From: Chiloscyllium plagiosum
Lineage: Eukaryota
Assembly (NCBI RefSeq): GCF_004010195.1
Contig: NC_057711.1
Coordinates: 73,903,399 to 73,942,117 of the forward strand
Direction: 5' to 3'
Length of the DNA: 38,719 nucleotides
In this document: positions 1 to 11,485 of the stretch, piece by piece
Layout: each line of letters begins with the position of its first letter
Numbering within the stretch: position 1 is the first letter of the stretch
Translations under genes and position numbers: made by a program
The notes under the pieces: model-generated
Told to the model about the DNA's origin: nothing
Database searches by the model: none
The model's input: only the letters and a program-made list of their open reading frames with translations

Positions 1-401
1 TGGTATTCTGAAAATCTTAGCCCTGGTGTGGGGACAAAGGTGGACTGACATGTAAACGCATTTCTTTTCCAGCATCTCCAGCAACCAGGATCATGTTAAT
101 CACAGTGATTTGTTTCCTTTGGATTCAACCAGGGAAGCTGAGAAGAGACCCCAATATTTGGGTGGTCCAGGGTCTCCATAAATTTTGCTCAGGACTGCGT
201 CCTAGAGAGATTTTATTAATAAGATATTCCTTATTAACAAGACAATGTGAACATTTTCACACATTATTTACTCTTTATATGACACTATCCAAATAAGAGA
301 GGATATTACTCACAACGTTCCATGAGTTTGAGCTGGGCAGCTGGAATCCCCTTCCTCTCTGACATGGGTCTTGGTCTCTTCCACGACAGTGGGTCTCGCA
401 G

Positions 402-644
402 GTCAGGCTGGACCTTGTCCTGGATCTTATAAGGTTGCTGCACAGTGTTTTTCCACGACGCTTCCCTGCAGCTCTTCCCTGACAGAGTGACTTCCAGGTG
501 TGTGTTCTTATCTCCCCTCACTAGTCAGGCTGGACCTTGTCCTGGATCTTATAAGGTGCTGCATAGTGTTTTTCCACGACGCTTCCCTGCAGCTCTTCCC
601 TGACAGAGTGACTTCCAGGTGTGTGTTCTTATCTCCCCTCACTA
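402..644 (+). repeat. Tandem duplication, 2 x ~121 bp
   Basis: 402-523 and 524-644 both begin gtcaggctggaccttgtcc and differ by one indel and one substitution. Confidence 0.95.
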
Positions 645-667
645 GGACCTCTAGTGTCTTAGCCTCA

Positions 668-860
668 TTCTGAGGGTGTGCTGCATTATCAAAGGTACTG
701 TGTTGCAGATGCAACATTAAAATAATGTGTCCTGTCAGGCAAATGTAAAAGATTGAAGTCCATAATGTGGAAAAAAAGAGTGAATAGGCCCCATTATGTT
801 AATGAAAATTTATCCCTCAACCACACCACTAGAAGCAAAGAATGATCTGATGTGATAATA
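668..860 (+). mobile_element. Deu-domain SINE fragment (SacSINE1/AmnSINE1-like), also present in the right arm
   Basis: ctgagggtgtgctgcatt...gtaaaagat...tttatccctcaacc resembles the Deu-domain consensus as I recall it. Confidence 0.6.
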
Positions 861-1049
861 ACTACATAGGTTACATCATGAACAAAGTATGGGAGATATC
901 ATGAGGGGGGCAGTTCAGCCCAGCCAGAAATGGGCATTGGGGCCTGCATCCAATTATGGGAGGAATCCCCATGATCTACTGAGGTACTCACTGCCCATCT
1001 CAAACCCCCTGATCAATAAGGCCTATTTACTTCACTATGCGGCTAGAGC

Positions 1050-1960
1050 TCAGAGCCTCTGATCAACAGGCAACTGGAATCCATCATACCAGGCAAACAA
1101 ACAAACAGAAAGAAGGTGATATGTCATGGAAGGATAAGCTGGAATGCCAGGATCATGTGCATGGGATTGACAAATTCTGTGCAGCTCATCGATAACATAC
1201 ACAAGATGGCCGTGATCGACATGAATTGTGATAGGCTGATAATCAACATGACTCCCTGACTCTCGCTGAGAGAAGAAAACTGAAAGAAAAACATCACACA
1301 TTCATCCTGCAGTTTAAAGGAAATATGCCACAGGGGAAAGAATGTATAGACCAGTGTAAAACCAGTATGAAACCAGTTTAGGATATACTGGCACCTGGGT
1401 TTTGATCTGATCCAATTTGGATTTGTATTGGAAGTGACCAGGTCATTGTGAAGAGAGGTAGCATCAGTTGCTATCACAACTTTTCAGCACAAACTTGCAG
1501 AGATGTCCTGCTCAAAACCCAAACTGTCTCTTTTAGTGGTTGTCTCAAGACTATTTCATTCTGCACATCGGTATTCTTCTTCTCTAACGCTCCGTGCTCT
1601 CAGATCCTGGTCCCTATATTAGATGCTCATTTTCACTCACCCTGGCCCCTTGACTCCCTATCCATATAGATCATGGCCTCTGGCCAACGAGCTTCCTTCA
1701 CTAATCCCAGATCCCGGTGATTCCTTGTTCTAACAGATGCTGGATCCCCAGCATCTGGCAGAAACCATTTGCAGAAACCATTTGCAGAACAGACCAGCTG
1801 AAGGACACAATTGTCATCACCATGCACTACAAAGTGTGTGCGATTTCATTTCCAACATTGCTGCTTGGATTCCTTAGTTCAGATCAGGATACAGTACCCA
1901 ATGCTCTTCTTTTTGTTTCTTGTTGCAGCATGACTTGCATAGACCATGGCTGCAATAAGT
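1050..1960 (+). mobile_element. Highly decayed PIF/Harbinger transposase relic
   Basis: Ordered degenerate motifs: VQLIDNIH (1179; cf. GAIDCTH), HHTFIL (1292; cf. HDAFIL), TTKCV, CLDS (1862; cf. RCLD), FVSCC (cf. ACCxLHN); many frameshifts. Confidence 0.45.
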
Positions 1961-2474
1961 GATGCCCTGCCCAGCTTGGTGCAGGTGGCCAATCACCTTA
2001 TGGCCAAGTGACTGGCATTGAAAGGGAGCCCAGTGCCCAATCAGAAACCTTTTATACTCTCATCAGTAGAGTGTTAAATATACTCACATTGCACCAGGTC
2101 ATGTTTCATACAGCATGTCTAGTATTATGTAGGTGAGCAAGAATACAATCATTGCTCATACAGCTCCAAACTGTTTCATCTATGTCCACATAATCAAGAC
2201 AAGATCAGTCATCATTGTTCTCTGATTTTCAAAGTTGAAATCTTATGTTTTTCTCCCCCAGTACATGCAATGGTGGGTGGTTTGCAGATGACAAAGCAAC
2301 AATGGGAGAATGTCCATGGTGCAAAGACAAACTTAATGTTTCTGAAGGTCCTGGCTTCTGTCATTTGGAGCTCAGACATATTACAGAACAGACCCATCCA
2401 TGGCAGCTATGCTCCCAGTTCACCAATATGGACAATCCTTAAGAGCCAAAGTTGCACTGTTCCCAGTAAAGCTG

Positions 2475-2849
2475 AAGACACTTAAATATGAGCTTCTCTT
2501 GGACACTAATCTAAATATCGAAGGGCTTATGCCCGAAACGTCGATTCTCCTGTTCCCTGGATGCTGTCTGACCTGCTGCGCTTTTCCAGCAACACATTTC
2601 CAGCACTAATCTAAATACGTTCAGCATCTGAAATCAATATCCCAGCTCTTAATGCTCCACTTGCCTTATGACGTTGCTATGTACATAGTCACTAATTATT
2701 TTTCTCTCTTTTAAGACACTTAAATATGAGCTTCTCTTGGACACTAATCTAAATACGTTCAGATCTGAAATCAATATCCCAGCTCTTAATGCTCCACTTG
2801 CCTTATGACGTTGCTATGTACATAGTCACTAATTATTTTTCTCTCTTTT
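2475..2849 (+). repeat. Tandem duplication of a ~137 bp unit; first copy interrupted by an insertion
   Basis: 2475-2712 versus 2713-2849: identical apart from a 1-nt indel and the 100-bp insert plus TSD. Confidence 0.95.
2518..2603 (+). mobile_element. Truncated Penelope-like element terminal repeat with 14-bp target-site duplication
   Basis: gaagggcttatgcccgaaacgtcgattctcctg..., flanked by cactaatctaaata at 2504-2517 and 2604-2617. Confidence 0.75.
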
Positions 2850-3420
2850 CTCCCATCTGCAGCTTACTTTGGCTCCCATCTACACTTCAAAGAAATGCCG
2901 ACTGATAGGGTCGACAAGGAGCAAGCTTGGGTACACATTTATATCTTATACAAGATAATGGACTTGAATCAACTCAGAAAAAACAACCCAAGAAACCCTG
3001 TCTGAGGGAGATTAATGGTGAAGTTCCTTTTCACAGTATGAATTGTTCTCCTGGTGCTGCTCCTGGTTTGCTCCTACACCATTCAGTAAACCAGGATTGA
3101 GTTACTGACTTGATGGTATTGGTACAGTAGTGATACTTTAGCCAGACCATCAGGCTACAGATTGAAGCTGAATACAATTCTGCTGCTGCTGATGGCTCAC
3201 AGAACCTCATATCTGCTCAGCATTGACTTGCTAGAACTGTCCATGTCTGCCCCATTTAAACTGGTGCCAGCCAACATGATATAAAGATCTACAAACTCTT
3301 TTCAACTTTTTGATCCCATCTCAGCTTACAGTACGTACCAATTCATGCTTTTTCATCTTAGAACCTCCATAACCATCTCATTAATTTAAAAAAAAACAAA
3401 TAAAATTATGTTGCGCAGGA

Positions 3421-3622
3421 GTCGGTGTTGGACTGGGGTGGACAAAGTTAAAAATCACACAACACCAGGTTGTCATCAACAGGTTTATTTGGAAGCACTA
3501 GCTTTCGGTGTGCTGCTCCTTCACCTACCTCACAACTACCTGATGAAGGAGCAGCACTCTGAAAGCTAGTGCCCCAAATAAACTTGTTGGTCTATAACCT
3601 GGTGTTGTGTAGTTTTTAACTG
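3421..3622. mobile_element. Penelope-like inverted terminal-repeat insertion (palindromic)
   Basis: agttaaaaatcacacaacaccagg...cactagctttcgg is mirrored by gaaagctagtg...cctggtgttgtgtagtttttaact; contains a hammerhead core. Confidence 0.75.
3537..3571 (+). ncRNA. Minimal type I hammerhead ribozyme motif (Penelope-associated)
   Basis: tac-CTGATGA-a-GGAG cagca CTCT-GAAA-GC-TA-gtg: conserved core boxes, stem II, palindromic AGCT stem III, CUA triplet and a 3-bp stem I. Confidence 0.6.
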
Positions 3623-3957
3623 TATAAAATTAGACAGAAGAAATTTATTAAATGGTCACCAGATGGCACTGCAGGCTGTGAGTATTAATTTAAGCAACCA
3701 TTCCAACACAATACTTGCTTACAAACAAAAGAGTATTCTTGGATATCCAATCTTTCTATTAATGTTTATTTACAATACCAAACAAGTGTTAACAATAAGC
3801 ATTGAATTAAATTAAGATGCTTTGTCCGTATTTTGTCTCAACTCCAAACAGCAAATGTCAGTTAAAGAAGAAAAACATTGAACTATATAATATCTTTAAT
3901 TACCTCAAAACACCCCAACACGTTTTTGAGATCTTATAACAAAGGGAACACAGTGAT

Positions 3958-4498
3958 CCTATGTAGTTATATCACATCAGATCATTCTTTGCTTCTAGTG
4001 GTGTGGTTGAGGGATAAATATTTGTTGACATAATGGGGCCTATTTCTCTGTTTTTTTACCACGTCATGGACTTCAATCTTTTACATTTGCCTGACAGGAC
4101 ACATTATTTAAATATTGCATCTGCAACACAGTACCTTTGATAATGCGGCACACCCTCAGAATGAGGCTGAGGCACTAGAGGTCCTGGTGAGGGGAGATAA
4201 GAACACAGATCTGGAAGTCATTCTGTCAGGGAAGAGCTGCAGGGAAGAGTCATGAAAAAACATTATGCAGCACCTTATAAGATCCAGGACAAGGTCCAGC
4301 CTGACCTGCGAGACCCACTGTCGTGGAAGAGACCAAGACCCATGTCAGAGAGGAAGGGGATTCCAGCTGCCCAGCTCAAACTCATGAATTGTTGTGTGTA
4401 ACATCCTCTCTTATTTGGATAGAGTCGTATAAAGAGTAAATAATGTGTGAAAAAGTTCACATTGTGTTGTTAATAAGGAATATCTTACTAATAAAATC
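3958..4498 (-). repeat. Right arm of a long inverted duplication (partner 209-870)
   Basis: cctatgtagttatatcacatcagatc...cttactaataaaatc; carries one copy of the unit that is doubled in the left arm. Confidence 0.92.
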
Positions 4499-5309
4499 GA
4501 GGAATCACAAACCGAATTCTATGCCCCATCTCACTAACAAGAACACGTGGGTCAAGTGTTTTAGTATGTAAACTTGTCAAAGAGTCCAAAGGACAGACTG
4601 CAACAATTCAAGAAATTTGCTCATCCCCAGATGCATAAGGACAGTTAGGAATAGACAATAAATGCTGACCCCACCTGTGAAACCTACATCTCATAAATGC
4701 GTGAAAAAGTGCTGACTTTGCCAGAGATCTTCATACCCTAAAAATTAATCTTGAGAAAAATTACATCAAACCTGGATTTTAATTACATTTATTTCTTCTT
4801 TCGTAAAATATCCAGCAAGATTTTAAGTGCTATTACACTTCTAAGGACTTTATCACTGGCTGGCAAAAGAAATTTGTTTAGTTATTGTTGTTATTGAAAA
4901 CCCATACAGTTTATCAATGTTGTCCACAACATGTCAATGTTCTCAGCAACATCACAATCCTGCCGATCAGCAAAACTCTTCCCATTGTAAATGTACCATG
5001 TTCTGCTTTGCTATTAAGCAGCTCAACTTGCAGCAGAACCTAGATTAAATCAAGGCTTGGAGTGACAAATGACTAACATGAAAAGACTCATCCACCCCTT
5101 CCTGTTGACCTTCAATAGCATTTCCAGGATGATGTATACATCCTCAACCTCCTCAGAAACATCACAGGCTAGAGGTTTAACTGCATTAGCTATATCAATA
5201 ACCGGGCTATAAGAGATGGGCACAGGCTGGGTATACAGTATCAACTGGTTCACCTCATGATACTTTAACACTGCTCAACAAGAAGATCGGGGTAATGTGA
5301 TTGGTCAGT

Positions 5310-5420
5310 TGGCAAGTGCTGGGCATTTGTAGACTCGAATGCCCCATTGGCCCCATTCCTGATGTCACACCACCCTCCCGCCACAATTTTACCGAAGGCA
5401 TGGGGACGTTTGCCCATGCT
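5310..5420 (+). repeat. Dispersed repeat, direct copy at about 7717-7830
   Basis: Both read gcaagtgctgggcatttgtaga...ccccattggccccattcctgatg..caccac...gccacaattttacc.aaggcat; family not identified. Confidence 0.75.
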
Positions 5421-5688
5421 TTCATCATCTGCAAATTTATTTACTTTGACAATACGTCCCAACTCTATGATTTTGACCAAGAAATTGGACAAGAGCAACA
5501 AGGTCAGGTGCATGCCATCACATTTTCTCCTCTCAGACACACACTGTTCTCATTTGGACTTCATCACTACTGGGTTAAAATGCCGCAATGTCTCCTACCC
5601 AATACCATCAACCAAGGAAAAATGTCCAATACCACTCTCACAGGGAAAGCACAGATGGGCATTACAAATGAACATTGTAAATACTGGC

Positions 5689-5694
5689 TTTATT
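5689..5694 (-). promoter_or_regulatory. Candidate polyadenylation signal AATAAA
   Basis: tttatt on the + strand about 310 nt past the ancestral stop; hexamer only, in AT-rich DNA. Confidence 0.25.
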
Positions 5695-6003
5695 CCTAGC
5701 GTGTCAGAAATTTCTCCAATAACTGAGAAAACCATTCAAAACATGTATTTGTAAGAGGACAGTCTGCAGATATTGAAGTTCAAAAACAATACGAGAGGTG
5801 CAGTGCAAAAATTGGCAGTGAATTTAAAAAACAGTAAATAAATAAAACCTAAAAACAACCAGGGGACAAAGGATGTTGCAAAAGGCACATTTTATCTGTC
5901 TTTCAATAGAGTGAAAAGCTGTTCTCATAATGGCAATCAAAACATTTCATTATGTTTGCTTAATTTATCAATTTGTTGTTTCAAGTCAAAGCCGGAACAC
6001 CAC

Positions 6004-6051
6004 TCAATACACTTCTTCCAGCCATTCTTCATGTTTCAATTTTGCAAAAAT
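6004..6051 (-). CDS. Ancestral terminal coding exon (rest of calmodulin-binding helix plus acidic tail)
   Basis: Strong acceptor ttcactttctttttag|IFAKLKHEEWLEEVY-TGA. Phase 0 matches. Joined sequence EVAQLKQIFAKLKH is amphipathic and basic, followed by acidic residues as in KCBP. Confidence 0.75.
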   Translation of the reverse strand: MFAKLKHEEWLEEVY

Positions 6052-6504
6052 CTAAAAAGAAAGTGAACAATGTGTTCATTTTTTAAAATAAGTGACTTCA
6101 AAATATGCTGAAATATTGAGAACAATTTTGAGATGAACCAGTAAAATTTAATTCTAACTCTCTTCTGAAAGATCCACTAACTAATTTCAATTTTTTTCTA
6201 CTTTGGTGAAGTTTAGTATACTTGCTGTATCGGGATTCTTGGCTTGTGACTGTATTTTGGACACTCAACAACTCTCCCAGATTCACCTGTTCAAAGTAGG
6301 AGTTGGGTCGAAATGGTGATGGTGGTTATGAGGTGAAGGAGATATGAAATAAACTAAAGGCTACAAACAAATAGCTTACATGTCACTCATCTCCGAGAAG
6401 CTTCTTGTGTTAACTTATTTCAGGTTATAACATTATATGTATATGAAGTTTACATCGTGTACATTATCTTTCAGTTGGGTTCACTGATAAATGACACCAC
6501 TGCA

Positions 6505-6800
6505 GGGGTGGCATGGTGGCTCAGTGATTAACACTGCTGCATCACAGCACCAGGCACCTGGGTTCGATTCCAGCCTCAGGTGACTGTCTGTATGGAGTTT
6601 GCACATTCTCCCTATGTCTACGTCGATTTCCTCCCACAATCCAAACCTGTGTAGGTTAGGTGAATTGGCTATGCTAAATTGCCCATGGTGTTTGTAGAGG
6701 TTAGGTACATTAGTCAGGGATAAATGTAGGGGAATGGGCTTGGGAGAGTTGGTGTGGACTTTTTGGGTCAAAGGGCCTGTTTCCATACTGTAGGGATTCT
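6505..6800 (+). mobile_element. HE1-like tRNA-derived V-SINE
   Basis: A box tggctcagtga, B box ggttcgattcc, body gtttgcacattctcc...gctaaattgccc, tail gggcctgtttccatactgtagggattct. Confidence 0.9.
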
Positions 6801-7996
6801 TGTGCCATCCAGTCTCTTGCAAACAAATGTTCTTCTTTTGTTTTGCTTCAAATTAGAAATCCCACCTGGTAGCCAGAATATGGACCAACATTCATATGGC
6901 AGGAAATATTCTGGATTTTCATCATCCTGTACTTACATGCCAGCAGTGAGATTTCATTGTTTTTTTACACAGCTCTTGTATCTTTTTCCCACTATTTCCC
7001 ACTATTTCCCAGTCTATATTTACTCCTGCCAGCACAATAGCTCCTCTACTGTTCTTTAATTCCATCCAAATATACATTATGCTTTGGTCACTGATCATCA
7101 TCTTTACACTCTTGTTATTATAATAGCTTTGTTGAATAATACTACCACCAATCCTTTCCTATCTATCCTGAATGCGTTTTAGTCAAGAACATTAAATTGC
7201 CAATCCTCTCCATCTTTGAACTAGGTTGCTGGTAATGTTGCTATATCATAGTGTCTGTAGCACAGAAAACTCATTTATATACATGCACTTCAAAGCCATC
7301 TTAGAATGCTTCAAATTGGCTTCAATCACTGATCTTTCCTATGTCAGAATTGAGTTTAATTTGCTATTTCCAGGCAGCAGTGCATGCTGCAGTTTTTGAT
7401 GTTACACCCTGGTGCTGAATCCTCTGTCAAATCAGTTTATAATTCTCCCCAGTACTAGATAACACACATCCATAACATTGGACTGAGCTCCATGGAGGTG
7501 CAACACATCTACCTTTGGCAGATTCCTACAGGTTCAGAACTGATCCTAATACCCCCTGAAATCTGTTGTCCTACCTCCTGCCCAACTCCTCTGGCCATGC
7601 ATGAACCAGTTTCATCTTACTAGTCTTGTACTCACTAGAGTGTTGTACAAAAAATAATCCAGGTACTAAGTTTGAGGTTTGTTATTCTGTGAATTTTATA
7701 GTCCTGTGGACAGAATTAGCAAGTGCTGGGCATTTGTAGAATTGAGCACCCCATTGGCCCCATTCCTGATGCCACACCACACTGCTGCCACAATTTTACC
7801 AAAGGCATTGGGATGCTCACCCACTTGTGGGTCAACTAAAGCCCTGAAGTGGCTAATTAATGACCAGTGACATACCTTCTCCTGACTCTTGTGGGTTTCT
7901 ATATACGGCAAGGGAAGCTGATGTTAAATTCCTCGACTGGAAGGTCTCACTGTTTACACCAGAGGCCAGTGATTAGCCAAGGGTGGTACCTCCTTT

Positions 7997-8331
7997 ATAG
8001 AATCATAGAATCCCTACCGTGCAGATAGATGCTTTTCGGCCCATTGAGTCTGCACCCACCCTCCGAAAAGCATCCAACCAAATTCATGCCTCTACCCTAT
8101 CCCCACAGCTAATTCACCTAGCCTACACATTCCTGAACACTTTGGGCAATTTAGCATGGCCAATCCATCTAACCTGCATATCTTTGGACTGTGGGAGGAA
8201 CTCAGAGCATCCAGAAGAAACCCACACAGACACAAGGAGAATGTACAAACTCCACACAGACAGTTGCCTGAGGCTAGTATTGAACTCGGGTCCCTTGCGC
8301 TATGAGGCAACAATACCGACTACTGTGCCAC
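7997..8331 (-). mobile_element. HE1-like V-SINE
   Basis: Reverse complement of the same family (atagaatcatagaatccctac...aaactccacacagacag...ctgtgccac). Confidence 0.88.
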
Positions 8332-8501
8332 TCATCTGCTACATCCATCAGAACACCCTCCTCCTCAACATGGTCATATTATCCCTCACTTGATGAAGCA
8401 CTGAACTTGAGAATTGCTGAGAAAAGAGACATGCTGTTGAAGCTTTTTGTCTTGCACTTACCTGCTTTTGTGTGTTTAAAATGGCTGACTTTCTTTCTTA
8501 C

Positions 8502-8580
8502 CTGCTTGAGTTGAGCTACCTCTTAGATCTCAGAATTCTTCTGTGCATTGTTTGTTATCAATTTAACACGAGATGCATAA
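8502..8580 (-). CDS. End of motor / neck mimic / start of calmodulin-binding helix; contains a premature TAA
   Basis: ttttgaaacag|YASRVKLITNNAQKNSEI*EVAQLKQ|gtaaga; TAA at 8523-8525. Confidence 0.9.
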
Positions 8581-9589
8581 CTGTTTCAAAAGCAAAATAG
8601 AAATATTATTTAAATTTCAGCATTTTATGGAAGAATATTTGCTTTTCTTACCCAGTTTGACCACTCTGTGACTTAAGTTCTGTGCCAGCATAATTGATTC
8701 ATAACCTGCCTTGAAATGGCCCAGCAAGCTCTTCGATTGTATCAAAATGGCCAAAATGAACTATAGTGATTCAAGATCCCCATCACCTTTTAATGGACAG
8801 TTAGTAATGTAGAAAAACTGCTGGATTTGCACATCAAATTAACAACTACATGTTAAGAATTAGTAAGTTAAATCAGTACTTCAGAAAAGCAGAAAAAGTT
8901 CTCATGTTTAAAAATAAATCATGAAAATATTTATTTGCAGTCACATCCGCATGTCAATTAAATACTATAATAAAATGAAACATTTTATAGTAGTTAACAA
9001 TGTTTACTGGTAATATCCAACTCACCTACAGATTATTGAACACATTAGAATAATAATAAATAGTGAATAAGGACATACAGAATGATACAATTTGCTTGCT
9101 CTGCTTAAAATAATTAGGAAATCTGTTCACAGGTTTGAACAACAATTTAAGTTAGTGCCATCTGTTCATTCTAAAACAGGACTAAATGCATGGCAAATAT
9201 ATAATCCAGGTTGTTACATCTCTCGCCATCCTGTGGTGGTACAGGAGGTGGTGCACTGATAGTCTTTGTAAAGTTTTCCTGACCTCATCTCATTGATAAT
9301 GGTGACTGCAACTTTTAGTTAAAACAGAGTGTGTGTTCCAAATGCACAATACCGTTAATGATGGCCACCAGGAATCAATTGCATAAGTATAGATAGGCCC
9401 AGATGTTGTTAGCATTGTGTGCCAGGAATCTCTGTTGTTGTCTCAAGAATGAGCTGAGATTCTAATTTTGCCATTTTTAGTTGAAGGTTTTGGTTGTGTG
9501 AGATTCATTCTGCCTATCCTGCTATGGCTTGAGTGAATTTACTCATACAATCTTCCACTCTTAATGTTATCAATTACTCAGCATAGTCA

Positions 9590-10745
9590 ATAAGACCATA
9601 AGAAATAGGAACAGGAATAGGCTGTTGGCCCTTCAGCCTGCTCCCGCCATTCAGTACAATCATAGCTGATCAAACATTCCTCCCATCTACTTTCCTGCAT
9701 TTCCCATAACCCTTGGTTTCAGTGCTGATCCAGAATCAAACTATATCAGCATTAAATTAAGATGACAACTCTGCCTCCATGGTTCGATTGTGACAAGGAG
9801 TTCCCAAGACTGACAACCCTTTGAGAAAAGAGATTCCTCTTGTCCCAGTCTTAAACTGGAGTCTCTTTATTCTGAGACTATGCCCTCTGGTCCTAGACTC
9901 TCCATTGAGTGGAACCGTCCTCTCAACATTTATCGTGTCAAGTCCTTTAGAGATCCTACATTTTTCAATGAGATCACCTCTCATTTTTCTAAATTTAGAT
10001 ATTTAACTTTTGCTCATAAGATAATCCCTCTATACCAGAGATCATGCAACCAGAGTTGCAGTAAGAGTTCCCTACTCGTACTCCAACCCTTTGAAATAAC
10101 AGCCAACCTTCCATTAGCTTTCCTGATTATCTGCTGCACTTGTGTGTGAGCCTTCATGCACAAATATGCCCAAGTCCCTTTGTATTACAGCTTTCTACAG
10201 TTCTTCTCCATTTAAATAAGACTCGGTTCTCCCTTGGAGAAAGTGAGGACTGTAGATGCTGGAGATCAGAGCTTAAAAATATGCCCAAAACGTCGATTCT
10301 CCTGTTCCTTTGATGCTGCCTGACCTGCTGCACTTTTCCAGCAACACATTTTTAAGCTCGGTTCTCCCTCCCAAAGTTAACAACCTTTCACTTTCCTAAA
10401 TTATAGTCAAAATGCCAACTTTTTGCAAACGTACTTAATTTATAAATATCTCTCTGCAAACAGTTTGTAGTCCTCTTGCAACTTTCTTTCCACCTATTTT
10501 TGTGCCATTTGCAAATTTGGCTCACTTCCTGCAGGTGATTAATATACATTGTACTTGTTGAACACTTTCTGGAAGTCCAAAAACAATGCATTTACTGGTT
10601 CCCATCTATCCACTCTGGTTGAGACTTCTTCAAAAAAACTCATAAATTAGTCAGACAGGATTTCCCTTTCATGAAGCCATGCTGGTTCTGCTTGATTAGT
10701 TTACAGCTTTCCAAATGTTCTGCTATTACTTCCTTAATTTGGGAC
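9590..10745 (-). mobile_element. CR1-clade LINE 3' fragment
   Basis: ORF 9757-9984 (RGDLIE...GESRTRGHSLRIK) is the CR1 ORF2 C-terminus; tail ataagaccataagaaatagg. Confidence 0.85.
10235..10356. mobile_element. Penelope-like insertion with 13-bp TSD, nested in the CR1 fragment
   Basis: ctcggttctccct at 10222-10234 and 10357-10369; same family as 2518-2603, with an inverted 5' piece. Confidence 0.8.
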
Positions 10746-11282
10746 CTTTCTTGGGGAATTGTGTGGCCAGAGAAGTGGAAGTGTTCACCAGTGCCAACAT
10801 TTTATGGCTTTCATTGTCCGTGGCACTATTTGCAACGCACCACCATTACAGGGCCAATGTGAAATTCGGTCAGTTCACTCAATTTAATGAGTCAAACAAT
10901 CAAATAGCAGTAGTCACTCTGCTTATTATCTGCATGCCTGTTTACATATATGAAAAATCAGGTTTCAAAGGTATCACTTAAAACAAACATTACTAAATTT
11001 GTTAGTTCCCAAAGTATATGTGATCATAGTTTTGTATAGATTAGGCAGATATCTCTAAACTATCACACAGGCCAGAATTTTGATCCTTGTTTTGGGGCCA
11101 GAACAGCTTACCCCTTGGTGTGAAATATGATATTACCATTCCTCTTAGTCTATAAAAAATATTATAGAATCCTAAGCATCAGTTTGGAATGGTGGATAGC
11201 TTTTTGTTTGCCAGTGTGTCAAACCACAACAACACACTTCTTCTGCTTTACTCTACTCTTTTGTTTGAAGTTGAATACTCAC

Positions 11283-11485
11283 GTCAATGAGCTGATGCTT
11301 TCCTCAGCATTGTAATCTGCTGGGGAAATGTTCACAAACATGAGTGTCTTTGAATTCCCACCCAATGAGTCCTGCATCAGCAATGTGAGTTTGTTACTGT
11401 GGTATGGAATGAAGGATTGTTCCCCTGAGAGAGCAGAGATGACATCGCCCAATGATCTCAGAGACTCGTTGATGGAATTAGCTTC
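11283..11485 (-). CDS. Kinesin motor exon 5 (alpha4, L12, alpha5)
   Basis: atcacag|[67 protein letters not shown](T)|gtgagt; 203 nt; not in the ORF track on this strand. Confidence 0.95.

Larger units (their letters stand above)
209..870 (+). repeat. Left arm of a long inverted duplication (partner 3958-4498)
   Basis: gattttattaataagatattcc...actacatagg is the reverse complement of 3958-4498 with scattered substitutions. Confidence 0.92.

Noticed and set aside
306..717. Two similar ORFs suggesting a duplicated small gene
   Set aside because: A by-product of the 121-bp tandem duplication; no recognisable protein or splice structure.
209..4498. Intact Harbinger transposon with long terminal inverted repeats
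   Set aside because: Harbinger TIRs are typically short with a 3-bp TWA TSD. The arms contain SINE-derived DNA, no TSD is visible, and the transposase relic looks much older than the arms.
5050..5271. ORF containing acidic DVSEEVEDV as the kinesin's last exon
   Set aside because: No suitable in-phase acceptor; 6004-6051 has a strong acceptor and completes the amphipathic helix.
6098..6286. ORF after a cag acceptor as the terminal exon
   Set aside because: It is in phase, but has a weaker pyrimidine tract and no resemblance to the expected helix. It cannot be fully excluded as an alternative exon.
6505..6575. tRNA gene (A and B boxes)
   Set aside because: It is the head of a SINE repeated several times in the window; no full cloverleaf.
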